Below, piece after piece: positions 47,077-57,532 of a DNA stretch of 64,000 nt. The stretch lies in contig CAWAWO010000002.1 of assembly GCA_963785835.1 (NCBI GenBank), positions 140,464-204,463 of the forward strand. The letters run 5' to 3'. A program made the position numbers and the translations under genes. The notes below the pieces were generated by a model, which had not been told where the DNA came from, did not search any database, and worked only from the letters and a program-made list of their open reading frames with translations. This DNA comes from an uncultured Actinomycetes bacterium. Its GTDB lineage: Bacteria > Actinomycetota > UBA4738 > HRBIN12. Position 1 is the first letter of the stretch, and each line of letters begins with the position of its first letter.

Positions 47077-47088
47077 ACCCGTCCTGCT
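47061..47088 (+). repeat. perfect 14-bp tandem duplication spanning the stop codon of the Nit-like gene
   Basis: GAACCCGTCCTGCT GAACCCGTCCTGCT, read directly. The stop TGA forms at the repeat junction, so the protein C-terminus is unchanged. Confidence 0.7.
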
Positions 47089-47233
47089 GAAGGCCTCCCC
47101 GGCCGACCCGGACTACCCAGATCTGGCTAGTCATCCGAGGCTACCGCAACCCGGTGATCCGTCCCCCGACCGCTAAGGTTCGCGACCCCCTCCGGCCGAT
47201 AACCCACCTAAGGGTCCACGACGGAGGTGTGGT

Positions 47234-47701
47234 GTGACGAGAACGGTCGGGCGGATGTGGCGCCGAACAGCGCTCGTGTTCCTTCTCGTCGTCGTGTTCC
47301 TCCTCCAGGGGGTCGTGACCGACCAGTCGCGAGCCGGCGCCGCATGGCACCGTCGCGCGGAGATGCTTCAACTCACCAACGAGGATCGAACGGACAGGGA
47401 CCGCGACGCCCTCGCGCTGAACGCGAAGCTGTCCCGGTACGCCAAGCAGCATTCGCGCGAGATGGCTGAAGCCGGGGAGCTGTTCCACACGCCGAACCTC
47501 GCGGACAAGTTGAACGGGCTCGATTGGTCGGTGGGGGGCGAGAACATCGGCATGGGTCCCTCCCTCGAAGGTTTGCAGGACGCGTTCATGGCGTCGAAGC
47601 CGCATCGCCAGAACATCTTGCGAGAGGCGTTCGACCACGCGGCGATCGGCGTCGTGGAGTCAGACGGGAGTCTCTGGGTGACGGTCATCTTCTACGGCTA
47701 G
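47234..47701 (+). CDS. secreted CAP (SCP/PR1-like) domain protein
   Basis: Signal/TM ALVFLLVVVFLL, then a CAP-like region (LQLTNEDR, YAKQHSREMA, GENIG, HRQNIL). Confidence 0.75.
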   Translation: MTRTVGRMWRRTALVFLLVVVFLLQGVVTDQSRAGAAWHRRAEMLQLTNEDRTDRDRDALALNAKLSRYAKQHSREMAEAGELFHTPNLADKLNGLDWSVGGENIGMGPSLEGLQDAFMASKPHRQNILREAFDHAAIGVVESDGSLWVTVIFYG

Positions 47702-47726
47702 CCCCTCCCGACCTAGCTGTAGAACG

Positions 47727-47754
47727 GGCGCCCCGGCCGAAGGGCCGGGGCGCC
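47727..47754. terminator. perfect 12-bp GC hairpin between convergent genes
   Basis: GGCGCCCCGGCC-gaag-GGCCGGGGCGCC, read directly, between the CAP (+) and mocA-like (-) stops. Confidence 0.5.
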
Positions 47755-47761
47755 ATCTCGT

Positions 47762-48355
47762 TCATGCCGGCGGCTCATGCCGCGCGCGCTCGAGATCGAC
47801 CGGGCGATCGACGTCCGGAGGGGCGTTCTCGTCGTGGGGCACCCAGCGAACGCGTTCGGGATCCGCGTCGAACAGCGCTCGGGCACCGGTGTCGCCGACG
47901 AGCGACATCGCCTCCTCCCACGTCGAACGCGCGAGCAGCGCCGGGCCCGGTCCGTCCTGGAACCGGATGCGCAGGATCTCGTGCCGGCGCGTCGGGACGT
48001 CGAACTCGGCGATCAGCGATCGAACGTGGCGCGCCTCGACACCCGGCTGGTCGGCGAGCAGGACGATCGCGGCGTCGCTCGAGGCGTCGAGCTCGCGGAT
48101 GCCGGCGGCGAGCGACGTCGACTGACCCTCGGCGTACCGCTCGTTCATCACGAACCGCGCACCCGGCGGGAGTACCAGCGCCTCGCGGACGCGGTCGGCG
48201 TCGTGGCCGACGACGATCACGATCTCGTGGACGCCGGCCTCGGCCGCCGCATCGACGGCGAACTGGACCAGCGGTTTCCCGCGGACCCGTTCGATCTGCT
48301 TGGTGCCGCCGAACCGTTTGCCCTCGCCGGCGGCGAGAACGATCGCGGAGATCAC
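47762..48355 (-). CDS. MobA/MocA-like nucleotidyltransferase (molybdenum cofactor cytidylyltransferase-like)
   Basis: IVLAAGEGKRFGG N-terminus and LLADQP motif. The start overlaps the coxG stop. Confidence 0.8.
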   Translation of the reverse strand: MISAIVLAAGEGKRFGGTKQIERVRGKPLVQFAVDAAAEAGVHEIVIVVGHDADRVREALVLPPGARFVMNERYAEGQSTSLAAGIRELDASSDAAIVLLADQPGVEARHVRSLIAEFDVPTRRHEILRIRFQDGPGPALLARSTWEEAMSLVGDTGARALFDADPERVRWVPHDENAPPDVDRPVDLERARHEPPA

Positions 48356-48951
48356 CGACCCACGCCGAAGATCCTGCCGAAGAACCGTTTGATCGCGGCC
48401 CAGAACGCCGAGAGACCGAGCCGGAACCCGCGGATCGCCTTCGTGCGCGCCGGCTCGGGCGTTTCGGCGGCGATGTCAGCCGAGGCGGTCATCGCGACCT
48501 CTTGGGCTTCCATGCTCTGGTGCAGGCACTCGGCGAACTGCGCGGTCAGTTTCCGGCTCACCTCGGGGAGGAGGCCGCGGCTGAGCTGGGCCACCGTGCC
48601 TGTCAGGTGGATGTCGGCCTTCATCTTCACGGTGGTTTCGCCATCGCTCCCGGGTTCGAGCCAGCTGGTCACGCTCGCGTTGGCGGCGCCCTTGCCCCTC
48701 TGCTCCATGCCCTTGGCGGCCAGGACCACCCGCCGAGCCTCCTCGTCGCGCTCCTGCATCGTGACGGTCCCGGCGAACGCCAGCGAGACCGGCCCGAGCT
48801 TCATGTGGACCTTGCCCTTCCACGTGGTGTCGTCGACGACCTCGGTGAGCTCGGCTCCCGGCATGCAGGGCGCCACGCGCTCGATGTCGAGCAGGAACGC
48901 CCACACGTGCTCGACGGGCGCCGGAACGCTGAACTCGTTCTCGATCTCCAT
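48352..48951 (-). CDS. coxG: SRPBCC-fold CoxG-like protein
   Basis: MEIENEFSVPAPVEHVWAFLLDIERVAPCMPGAEL is a typical CoxG/SRPBCC N-terminus. A C-terminal amphipathic/hydrophobic tail follows. Confidence 0.8.
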   Translation of the reverse strand: MEIENEFSVPAPVEHVWAFLLDIERVAPCMPGAELTEVVDDTTWKGKVHMKLGPVSLAFAGTVTMQERDEEARRVVLAAKGMEQRGKGAANASVTSWLEPGSDGETTVKMKADIHLTGTVAQLSRGLLPEVSRKLTAQFAECLHQSMEAQEVAMTASADIAAETPEPARTKAIRGFRLGLSAFWAAIKRFFGRIFGVGR

Positions 48952-49038
48952 CCCTGCTCCTTGCTCGGTGTGCGGCGAAGGCTATCGCGTGAGCACCTGC
49001 TCGTTCTCATCCGGGACCGCGGGCCCCGGAGGAGCCGA

Positions 49039-50094
49039 TCACGCCCAGATGTCGCCGAGCGTGAAGCCTTCGGGGAACGGGTCGGACGGATCGAGCACGT
49101 ACTCCGCGAAGCCGGTGATCCACGCGCTGCCGCCGAGCGTGGGCACCACGGCCGGCAGCTCACCGACCGCGGTCTCCTCGACGAGCCGGCCGACGAAGCG
49201 GGTGCCGAGGACACCTTCGTGCACGAAGTCCTCGTTCAGGGCGAGCTCGCCCTTCGCGTGTAGCACGGCCATCGCGGCGCAGGTCCCGGTCCCACATGGG
49301 GAGCGGTCGATCGCGCCGGTCCACGTCTCGGGCCGTTCCCAGTCGAGGGTCCCGGTCGAAACGACGACGGCGTTCCTTCGCGTCGCCGTCGGATCGTGGG
49401 GCGGGCCCCAGAGCTGCGAGATCGAGATGCCCTCGATCGCAGGGTTCTCCGGATGCGCGACCGGGAGCCGCTCGCGGGCCGCGGCCTTGATCATCTCTCC
49501 GATGCGGACGATCCGGCCTCCTTCGTCCGGCACGAGGTCGAGCCCGAACTGCGTCGCGTCGGCGATCACGTAGAACATCCCGCCCCACGCGACATCGACC
49601 TGAACCGCTCCGAGCTCCGGGACGTCCACGACGGCGCCCAGATGCACGGCGAACGCCGGGACGTTGCGGAACGTCACCAGCGTGACCTTCCCGTCCTCCA
49701 CCTGCGCGGTGACGTGCACGAGGCCCGCGGGGGTCTCGAGGACCAGCTCGGTCACCGGTTCGATCGCCTCCACGATCCCGGTCTCGATGAGCACGGTCGT
49801 CACGCAGATCGTGTTGGTGCCCGACATCGGCGGGTACTCGGTCTGCTCCATGATCACGAAGCCGGCATCGGCCGACGGATCGGTCGGTGGGAGGAGCAGG
49901 TTGCAGTTGGCGGCCGGGTACCCACGGGGCTCGCGCAGCATGAGCCTGCGCACGTCGTCGCCGTGCTCTCGGAGCTGCACCATCTTGTCGAACATCGTGG
50001 CGCCCGGGACGTCCGGAACGCCGTCGACGATCACCCGCCCGGGTTCGCCGCAGGCGTGGGCGTCGACGGCCGTGATCCGCTTGGCGAACGCCAT
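49039..50094 (-). CDS. proline racemase / hydroxyproline epimerase-dehydratase family protein
   Basis: 351 aa. VDAHACGEP N-terminus. The second catalytic motif DRSPCGTG is present, but the first catalytic position reads MSGTN (Ser where canonical racemases have Cys). Confidence 0.85.
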   Translation of the reverse strand: MAFAKRITAVDAHACGEPGRVIVDGVPDVPGATMFDKMVQLREHGDDVRRLMLREPRGYPAANCNLLLPPTDPSADAGFVIMEQTEYPPMSGTNTICVTTVLIETGIVEAIEPVTELVLETPAGLVHVTAQVEDGKVTLVTFRNVPAFAVHLGAVVDVPELGAVQVDVAWGGMFYVIADATQFGLDLVPDEGGRIVRIGEMIKAAARERLPVAHPENPAIEGISISQLWGPPHDPTATRRNAVVVSTGTLDWERPETWTGAIDRSPCGTGTCAAMAVLHAKGELALNEDFVHEGVLGTRFVGRLVEETAVGELPAVVPTLGGSAWITGFAEYVLDPSDPFPEGFTLGDIWA

Positions 50095-50107
50095 CTCGCC
50101 GTGAACG

Positions 50108-50940
50108 CTATCCCGTCGGGGTGGTCGCGCCGGGGACCGAGTTCATCAACCGTCGCGTGTACGCATGCGTCGGCCTGGAGAGGACCTCGTCGGCGGGGCC
50201 ACTCTCGACGACCGCTCCCTGGTACAGGACGTAGATCCGGTCGGCCACCTGACGGACGACCGCGAGGTCGTGCGTGATGAACAGGTACCCGATCTGCAGT
50301 TCCCGCTGCAGCGTTCGGAACAGGTTCAGGATCTGCGCCTGCACGGACACGTCGAGGGCGGACACCGGCTCGTCGCAGACGAGGAGCTCGGGCTCGCACG
50401 GCGAGGGCGCGGGCGATCGCGACGCGCTGACGTTCGCCGCCCGAGAGGGACGCGGGCTTGCGGCGAGCGTAGTCGTGGGGGAGACCGACCTGGTCCAGGA
50501 GCGCGGTCGACCGCCCCGCCCCGGACGCCGCGCTTGCCGGTGACGCCGGAACGTGCAGCGCCTCCGTCAGGCGTGCGTTCGACGGTGTGCGCGTGGGTTC
50601 GAGCGTCGAGTACGGATCCTGGAAGATCATCTGCACGGTGTGGCGCAGGCGCGTCCTCGCCGTCTTTCGACAAGCGCGCGCGAAGTCGGATCGCGTCGAC
50701 GCCATCGACGCGATGCGTCCCGACGATCGGCGTCTCGAGGCCGACGAGGCACCGGCCGAGCGTCGTCTTGCCCGGACCCGGACTCGCCGACGAGGCCGAC
50801 GCACTCACCGCGGCGCGATCGTCGAGCGACACGCCCTTCAGCGCCTGCGACCTCGCGACCGCGTCGCCAGATCGAACGTCTTGCGCAGATCCCGCGACCG
50901 CGACGCAGTCGATCGCCGTGCAGGGCCGGAGCGGTCTCCG
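50108..50940 (-). pseudogene. oligopeptide/dipeptide ABC ATPase (OppF/DppF-like), multiply frame-disrupted
   Basis: Motifs lie in different frames: GECVGLVGESGSG | KTTLGRCLVGLETP | [28 protein letters not shown] | [28 protein letters not shown]. The 5' boundary is approximate. Confidence 0.75.
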
Positions 50941-51974
50941 CCGCGAGCGCGAGGACGCGGTCGCGCAGCTCCTGCATCTCCGATCGGATCTCGCGCGACC
51001 GGACGCACGCGCGTGTGCCGGCGCGGTTCGATCTCCATGAGCGGCGGTCTGCCGGTCCGGCACACGTCGTGCGACCCAGCGGCAGCGCGGCGGAGAACGC
51101 GCATCGGTCCTGCGACGTCGTCGGGGGCCGGGACCGAGCCGGGGATCGCCGCGAGCTCGCCGAGCTTCTGCTCGACCGATGGCTCGGAGAGCAGGAGTCC
51201 GAGCGTGTACGGGTGCAGCGGCTCGCGCTCGAGCGCCTCGGCGCGTGCCGACCTCCAGCAACGAGCCGGCGTACAGGACGTAGACCCGGTCGCACGTGGT
51301 GAACGCCACGCGGAGATCGTGGGTGATCGAGGATCAGGCCCATCCCGCGCGCGCGCTGCACCGAACGGAGCAGCTCGAGGATCTCCGCCTGGGTCGTGAC
51401 GTCGAGCGCGGTCGAGGGCTCGTCGGCGATCAGCAGGTCGGGGTCGCGTGGCGAGCGCGGCGGCGAGCGCGACGCGCTGACGCATCCCACCGGAGAGCTG
51501 GAACGGGATAGCGCTTGGCGACCGATCGGGTCGTCGATGCCGACCTCGGCCAGGCGCCGGAGCGTCTCGTCCCGTACGCGCATCTCGAGAGGAGCGCTGG
51601 CCGTCGGCCGAGAGCATCTCGCTCGATGTGCTCCCCGCAGCGCAGGAGCGGGTTCAGCATCGTGAACGGGTCCTGGAACATGAGCGCGATCGCGCCGCCC
51701 GCGGAGCCTGCGCATCTCGCTTCTCGGGGAGCGTCCATCAGGTCGCGACCGCCGGTACCGAACGCTGCCGTCGGCGAAGACCCCCGGCGGGAGCAGACGA
51801 GCGACGGCTCGCGCGGTCAGCGACTTGCCCGATCCCGACTCGCCGACGATCCCCACCGTCTCGCCCGGCTGCGACGGTCAGGTCGGTGCCGGCGGTGATC
51901 GCTGTGCTCGTCCCGGAGCCGATCTCTGACCGAGATCGCGAAGGTCAGAGACGCTCGAGGAGCGCGCTCGTCAT
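50940..51974 (-). pseudogene. oligopeptide/dipeptide ABC ATPase (OppD/DppD-like), about 10 frame switches
   Basis: ATG at 51974, 3 nt after the oppC-like stop. Fragments alternate between three frames: VGIVGESGSGKS | [14 protein letters not shown] | [18 protein letters not shown] | [23 protein letters not shown] | [16 protein letters not shown] | HPYTLGLL. The 3' boundary is approximate. Confidence 0.75.
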
Positions 51975-51977
51975 CGC

Positions 51978-52855
51978 TCACCGCGCGGACATCCGTTCGT
52001 AGAGTCCAGTCCCCGATGATGTTGATGCTGGCCGCCGTGACGACGATCGCGGCCGCCGGGAGCAGCGCGGCCATCGGATTGGTGAGCAGGATCGTCGCGG
52101 TTCTCGAACAGCATCCGGCCCCAATCGGCGGTCCCCGGTGGCACGCCGAGCCCGAGGAACGACAGCCCCGCGAGGCTCACGAGCGCGAACGCGAAGTCCA
52201 GGACGACGTAGCGCAGCGATGAGCGGAAGGATGTTCGGGAAGATGTGTCGGAACATGATCCGGCGGCGCGAGATCCCGAGCGTCCTCGCGGCCTCGATGT
52301 AGGGGAGAGGGCGCTGCTCGAGCACGGCGCTTCGGACGATCCTCGTATCCGGGGCAGTGAACAGGACCACGAGCACGACGACCGCGGTCCAGAACCCTCC
52401 CCCCACGACCCCCACGATCACGATCGCGATCAGCGGGCCCGGCAAGGCGAACATGAAGTCGACCCACCGCATCACGACCGAGTCGGTCGCGCCGCCCACG
52501 TAGCCGGCCATCAGGCCGAGGATCGTCGCGATCGCGAACGCGCCGGCTGCCACCACGGCAGGGCCGACCAGCGCGGTCCGGGCGCCGACGATCGTGCGCG
52601 ACAGGACGTCCCGTCCGAGGAGATCGGTGCCCGCCCAGATGCTCCGCACTCGGCGGTGTATCGCCGAGGAGCAGGTCTTGCTGGTTCGCCGGATACGGGC
52701 GCGATCTGCGGCCCGAACGCGGCGCAGACGATCGCGACGGCGACGAAGGCCATGGCGATCCAGACCGTGACCGGAGGGCGTCGCCTGCGGCTGACCGCGG
52801 TCTCGGCGATGGACGAGGGGATCGCCGCGGAAGGCGCGACCTCCTCGAGCTTCAC
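51978..52855 (-). pseudogene. peptide ABC permease (OppC/DppC-like), frame-disrupted
   Basis: N-terminus (VKLEEV..VWIAMAFVAVAIVCAAFGPQIAP) in one frame, the core (GTDLLGRDVLSR..EAARTLGISRRRIMFRHIFPNILP) in a second, then LAGLSFLGLGVPPGTADWG and AAIVVTAASINIIGD in others. Confidence 0.75.
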
Positions 52856-53817
52856 GACCCCACCCTTCCGAACCGGATCCGCGGGTCGATGAGCGTGTAG
52901 AGCACGTCGATCCCGATGTGCATCAGCACGATGAAGATCGCCAGGATGAGCACGACCCCCTGGATCACGGGGAAGTCACGTTGGCCGACGGCGCTGACCA
53001 GCAGCGAGCCGAGCCCCGGGAGACGCGAACGTGACCTCCACGAGGACGGCGCCGGTCAGCAGTCCCACGACGATGAGGCCGGCGGCGGTCACCACCGGGA
53101 TCAAGGCGTTGCGCAGGACGTACGAAGTCGTGATCCGCCGGCTCGCGAGGCCGCGAGCCCGCGCGAACGCCACGTAGTCCTTCTGCGAGCTCCTCGATCA
53201 TCGAGGCGCGCGTGATCTTGATCACGAGCCCCATGACCGTGAGAACCGAGCGCGATGGCGGGCAACGTGAGATGCCAGAGCTGGTCGAGGAAGCCCTCTC
53301 CCTGTCCGAAGATCGGGAACCATCCGAGGTACACGCCGAACACGTAGAGGAGGAAGATCCCGGTCGCGAACGCCGGTGCGCTCACGCCGATGACGCCGAT
53401 CGTGACGACGCCCCGGTCGACGTCGGAACCGTGTCGGTAGGCGGCGAGGACCCCGAGGGGGATGCCGATCCCGAGCGCGATGAGGCTGCCGTACAGCCCG
53501 AGGAAGACCGTCAGCGGCAGGCGCTGCCAGATCATCGTCGTCACCAGCTGGCTCCCCTGGATCGAGCGGCCGAGGTCCCAGGTCAGGACCTGTCGCAGCC
53601 AGATCAGGTACTGGACGACGAACGGCTCATCGAGGTGGTACTGCTCACGGATGGCCGCGAGGGTCTCCGGGCTCGCCTGACGTGAGCCCAAGAGCGAGCG
53701 TGCCGGGTCTCCCGGAGCGATGTTCACCAGCGCGAACACCCCGAGCGAGATGACGAGCAGGAGCGGGATCGCGACGAGCAACCGCCGCAGGACGTAGGCG
53801 GGCAAACCCCCGGTCAA
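52852..53817 (-). pseudogene. peptide ABC permease (OppB/DppB-like), three frame switches
   Basis: TTG at 53817 overlaps the peptidase stop. YVLRRLLVAIPLL..LPAIALG, then shifts near 53235, 53180 and 53010. Each looks like a 1-nt insertion (ggTtctc, ctcGcag, cccggGg). It ends with DFPVIQGVVLILAIFIVLMHIGIDVLYTLIDPRIR. Confidence 0.75.
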
Positions 53818-55719
53818 GCGCGATCCTCGAGGTACCGCTCGAACCACGCGATCGTTCGACGTTCGGCGTCGGCCGCGTGCTCTCGTTCGCGGAACCCGTG
53901 TCCCTCTCGCGGATACACGACGAGCTCCGTCGGGGTGCCGTTCAGGACGAGGCCCTGATAGAGCTCCTCGGCCTGGCCGAGCGGTGTGCACTGATCCTCG
54001 GACCCGTGGAGGATCAGCGTGGGGGTCTTCGCGCCGGCGACGTGGGTGATCGGGGAGCGTTCCACGAACAGCTCCAGCGATCGCGGATCCCGGTGGTCCC
54101 CGCCGCAGATGAACTCCGCGAAGGCGTGGTTGCACGTGAGGTGGCAGCTCAGGTTGTCGACGATGCCCGAGACCATCACCCCGGCGGCGAATCGATCCGT
54201 CGTGCACACGGCCCACCCCGTGAGGTAGCCGCCGTAGCTCGCGCCGGTGACGCCGATCCGGCCCGGCGCGGCGATGCCGAGATCGACGCAGTGGTCGACG
54301 CCGAGCAGGATGTCGTCGAACTCGGCCCCGGCCGGATCCCCCACGTTCATCCGCGTGAACGCCTGTCCCCGACCCGTGCTGCCACGGTAGTTGGGAAGGA
54401 ACACCGCGAACCCCGCGGCGGCGAGCGGAAGCGCGTACCCGGGGTCGAACGCATGCTTCCACGCCCACGTCGGCCCGCCGTGGATCATGACGACGGTCGG
54501 GAAGGGGGGTTCGCCCGACGGGACGAGGAGCAACCCGCGGATCGGCAACCCACCGGCGCCCTCCCACTCGGTCTCCCGCACCTCCGGGTATCCGTCCAGC
54601 TCGTCGGCAAGGTCGTCGTTGAACGTCGTCAGGGCGCTCCACGTCCCGTCGACGCCGGTCGATCGGTGCATCACCTCGGGGGGTCGGCGGACGGACTCAC
54701 GGATCCCCACGAACCCGTTTCCCGGGATAGGCGCGATCCGAGCGTGGAAGCTGCTCGGTCCGACGATCGCGTCCTCGACGACCGCCCATCGGACGTCGCC
54801 GTCGAGACCGATCGCTCCGAACCGTGAGCCGAACCCATCCCAGCCCGCGAACCACACGACGTCGGGCTCCAGCCACCCGACCGACGTGACGTCGCTGATC
54901 CCGGGATCGAAGGCACCGAGCTCGCCCGAGGTCAGATCGACGATGCGGATGTCGCCGGCGACGAGTCCTCGGTCGCTCGACCACCCCTCGAGCAGGGCAA
55001 CCCTGGACCCGGACGGGTCGGCGACGGGCCCCTGCACCTGACGGTCGGGGATCCACAGGTCGCGTGCCGACCTCGCGTCCAGGTCGAGGAGCGCGAGGCG
55101 GGCCCGGTACCAGCCGCTCTCCGACGGGTCGTCGGACACGAGGGCGACCGCCGTCGACGGGTCGACGAGGTCGAACTCCCAGACGGCCATCCCCTCGGGC
55201 TCGACCTCCTCGGTCGCCCCGCTCTCGGCGTCGATCCGGAAGAGGCGCCGCCATCCCTGATCGGGCTGGAAGACCTGCGGATCGGGCCGCGGTTCGCTCC
55301 AGCTCAGCCGCACCGCGCCGTCGGTCGCGGCCCCGAAGCCTCCCTCGTCGACCGCGATCGCGACGACGCACGCCACCGTCGCTCGACCAGGCCGCATCCT
55401 GCACCGAACCCTCGATCCGACCGAACGGTGCGGGTTCGGCTCCCGGCCGCAGCTCGAACAGCGACATGCGGCCCACGACGGGAGCTTCGGAGGTGAAGAT
55501 GAGGCGGTCGTCGACCGGCGACCACCGGGGCATCGTGTCCGTTCGAGGTCCGAACGTGAGCTGCTCGGTACGACCATCCATGCCGAGGCGCCAGATGCGG
55601 CTCTCGAAGCTCGCCCCGGCGTCGTGGTGGGCAGGGAAGACCGCGACGGCGATCGATCGACCTCGGTGATCGAGCGACAGGTCGACGGGGTAGCGGACGC
55701 GGTCAAGGATGGCCAGCAT
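53814..55719 (-). pseudogene. S9 family serine peptidase (prolyl oligopeptidase/acylaminoacyl-peptidase-like), one frame switch near 55375-55385
   Basis: The C-terminal alpha/beta hydrolase domain is intact (VMIHGGPT, GASYGGYL nucleophile elbow, ILHGSEDQ, GHGF). The N-terminal beta-propeller begins in the 54697..55851 frame (MLAILDRV..WSSDGG). Confidence 0.8.
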
Positions 55720-55820
55720 CCGCTCGGCTCGGTCAGATCGGCCATCGATGCATGCCTCCGCGGCCCCGGACCCGGACGAGCGCCCGGCGGGGCCGAGTGG
55801 CCGAGAGCGCTCGGTCCGTT

Positions 55821-57450
55821 CTACGCCGGTCCGAACCCCCGGGTCGCCCACGGGATGTTGTACCAGAAGGCGTTGTAGCCATCGAGACGCAGGTCGGAGC
55901 TGATCGCCATCGCCGAGTCCGGCCAGTGGATCGGCACCGTTGCCACGTCGGCGTTCGCCTGCTCGATCACCTGCTGGAGCGCATCCGCGCGCTCCGCCGT
56001 GTCGGTCGACTGGAGCGCTTCGTCGATCAGGGCGTCCACGTCCTCATTGCGGTAGTTCGATCCGTTCAATCCGTTCGCGACCGCGTTCCCGCTGTAGTAG
56101 AAGAGGTACGGGTAGTTCGCCGGGTCGGCGTAGTCGGGGAAGTACGACATGAACTGCGCGCCCAGGTCCTCGTGAGCGAAGTAGACGTCGAGCCACTCGC
56201 CGGGATCCACCTGCTGGACGTTCATCGTGATCCCGATCTGGGCGAGCGTCTCCGAGATCGCGAGGAACGAGTTGATCGCCACCGGGTCGGTGTTGGGCAC
56301 CGGGACGGAGAACTCGAACCCGTCGGGGACGGACGATTGCGCGAGCTCTGCCCGGGCCGCATCGAGATCGAACGCGTACGTGGGGATCGTGTCGTAGAAG
56401 GAGTTGACGGAAGCCTCGTCCAGCACGCCGCCCCAGATCCCCGGTGGGTTGATCGCGGTCGCGGCTGCCCCCTTGCCATTCAGCACGGCCTGGACGATCC
56501 CCTCCCGGTCCACGGCGAGCGCGATGGCCTTGCGGACGTGGAGGTCGTCGAAGGGCGGGGTCTCCTGGTCGAGGATCAGCTGGTACACGCCGTTCGACGG
56601 CGCGGTGATCACCGTGACGCCGTCGAGACCCTCCCACTGGTCGACCTCGGAGATCGGCACGTCGAACGTGCCGTCGATCTCGCCGCTCTGCATCGCCAGC
56701 AGGCGGGTCTGCGAGTCCGGGATCTGGCGGATGACGATCCGCTGCGCGGCGCCGGGCTCGCCCCAGTAGTCCTCGTAGCGCTCGAGGGTGACGTGATCGT
56801 CCGGCACGAATTCGACGAGCTCGTACGGGCCGGTTCCGAGCGGCAGCACGTCCGGCGTGCCGAAGGTCTCGCCGGCGGACTCGAGCTGCGCCTGGTTCAT
56901 GATGAAGCCCGACATGTGGGCCATCGAGTACTGGAACTGCGCATCCGGTTGGCTGAGCGTTACGGTCACCTCGTTGTCGGCGGTCGCCTCCACGCTCTCG
57001 ACGGAGGCGAAGAAGGCCGCGAGCTGCGAGGCATTGGCCTCGTCCATGTTCCATTCGATCGTGAAGACCACGTCTTCGGCCGTCAGCGGGCTGCCGTCGT
57101 GGAACGTGACCCCATCTCGGAGGGTGAACACGTACGTGGTGGGGTCGACCGCCTCCCAGGTCTCCGCCACGGCCGGCTGGAGGCTGCAGGTCGTCGCCGA
57201 ACGCGAGCGCGCCCTCCTCCACGAGCGACATGACGGCGCCGGAATACGTCGTCCAGTCATGGGGCACGAGCAGCACGTCGGGAAGGTCGGGAAGTGCCCA
57301 GGTCACCTCCTCGACGGTGCCGGTGCCTGTCGTCGTGGCTCCGTCGCCCTCGCCGTCGCCCCCTTCGCCGCTATCGCATGCGGCTGCGATCAGCGACAAC
57401 GACAGGAGCGATGCTGCGAACAGCGTGCGAGCGTGCGTGCGCCGTTCCAT
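55821..57450 (-). pseudogene. ABC peptide substrate-binding lipoprotein (family 5), one frame switch near 57185-57192
   Basis: MERRTHARTLFAASLLSLSLIAAAC lipobox and N-terminal region in the 56044..57507 frame. From LQPAVAETWEAVDPTTYVFTLRDGVTFHDG onward it is in the 55821..57260 frame. Confidence 0.8.
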
Positions 57451-57512
57451 GCTCGTCCCCCTTGTTCCGAAGGCCGCCCGGCGTGGTCGGCGGGGTTGAG
57501 TATTCATCTGGT

Positions 57513-57532
57513 TGTCTTACGATGTCAAGACA
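57513..57532. promoter_or_regulatory. palindrome TGTCTT-N8-AAGACA in an AT-rich divergent intergenic region, candidate GntR/FadR-type operator
   Basis: Read directly: perfect 6-bp inverted arms overlapping the ATG at 57522. A related sequence lies upstream of the GntR gene (59324-59344), with 13 of 21 positions identical by my manual alignment. Confidence 0.3.

Noticed and set aside
53814-55745. 643-aa ORF taken at face value as the intact S9 peptidase.
   Set aside because: Its first ~130 codons are junk. The genuine N-terminal propeller sequence is in the 54697..55851 frame, so a frame switch is required.
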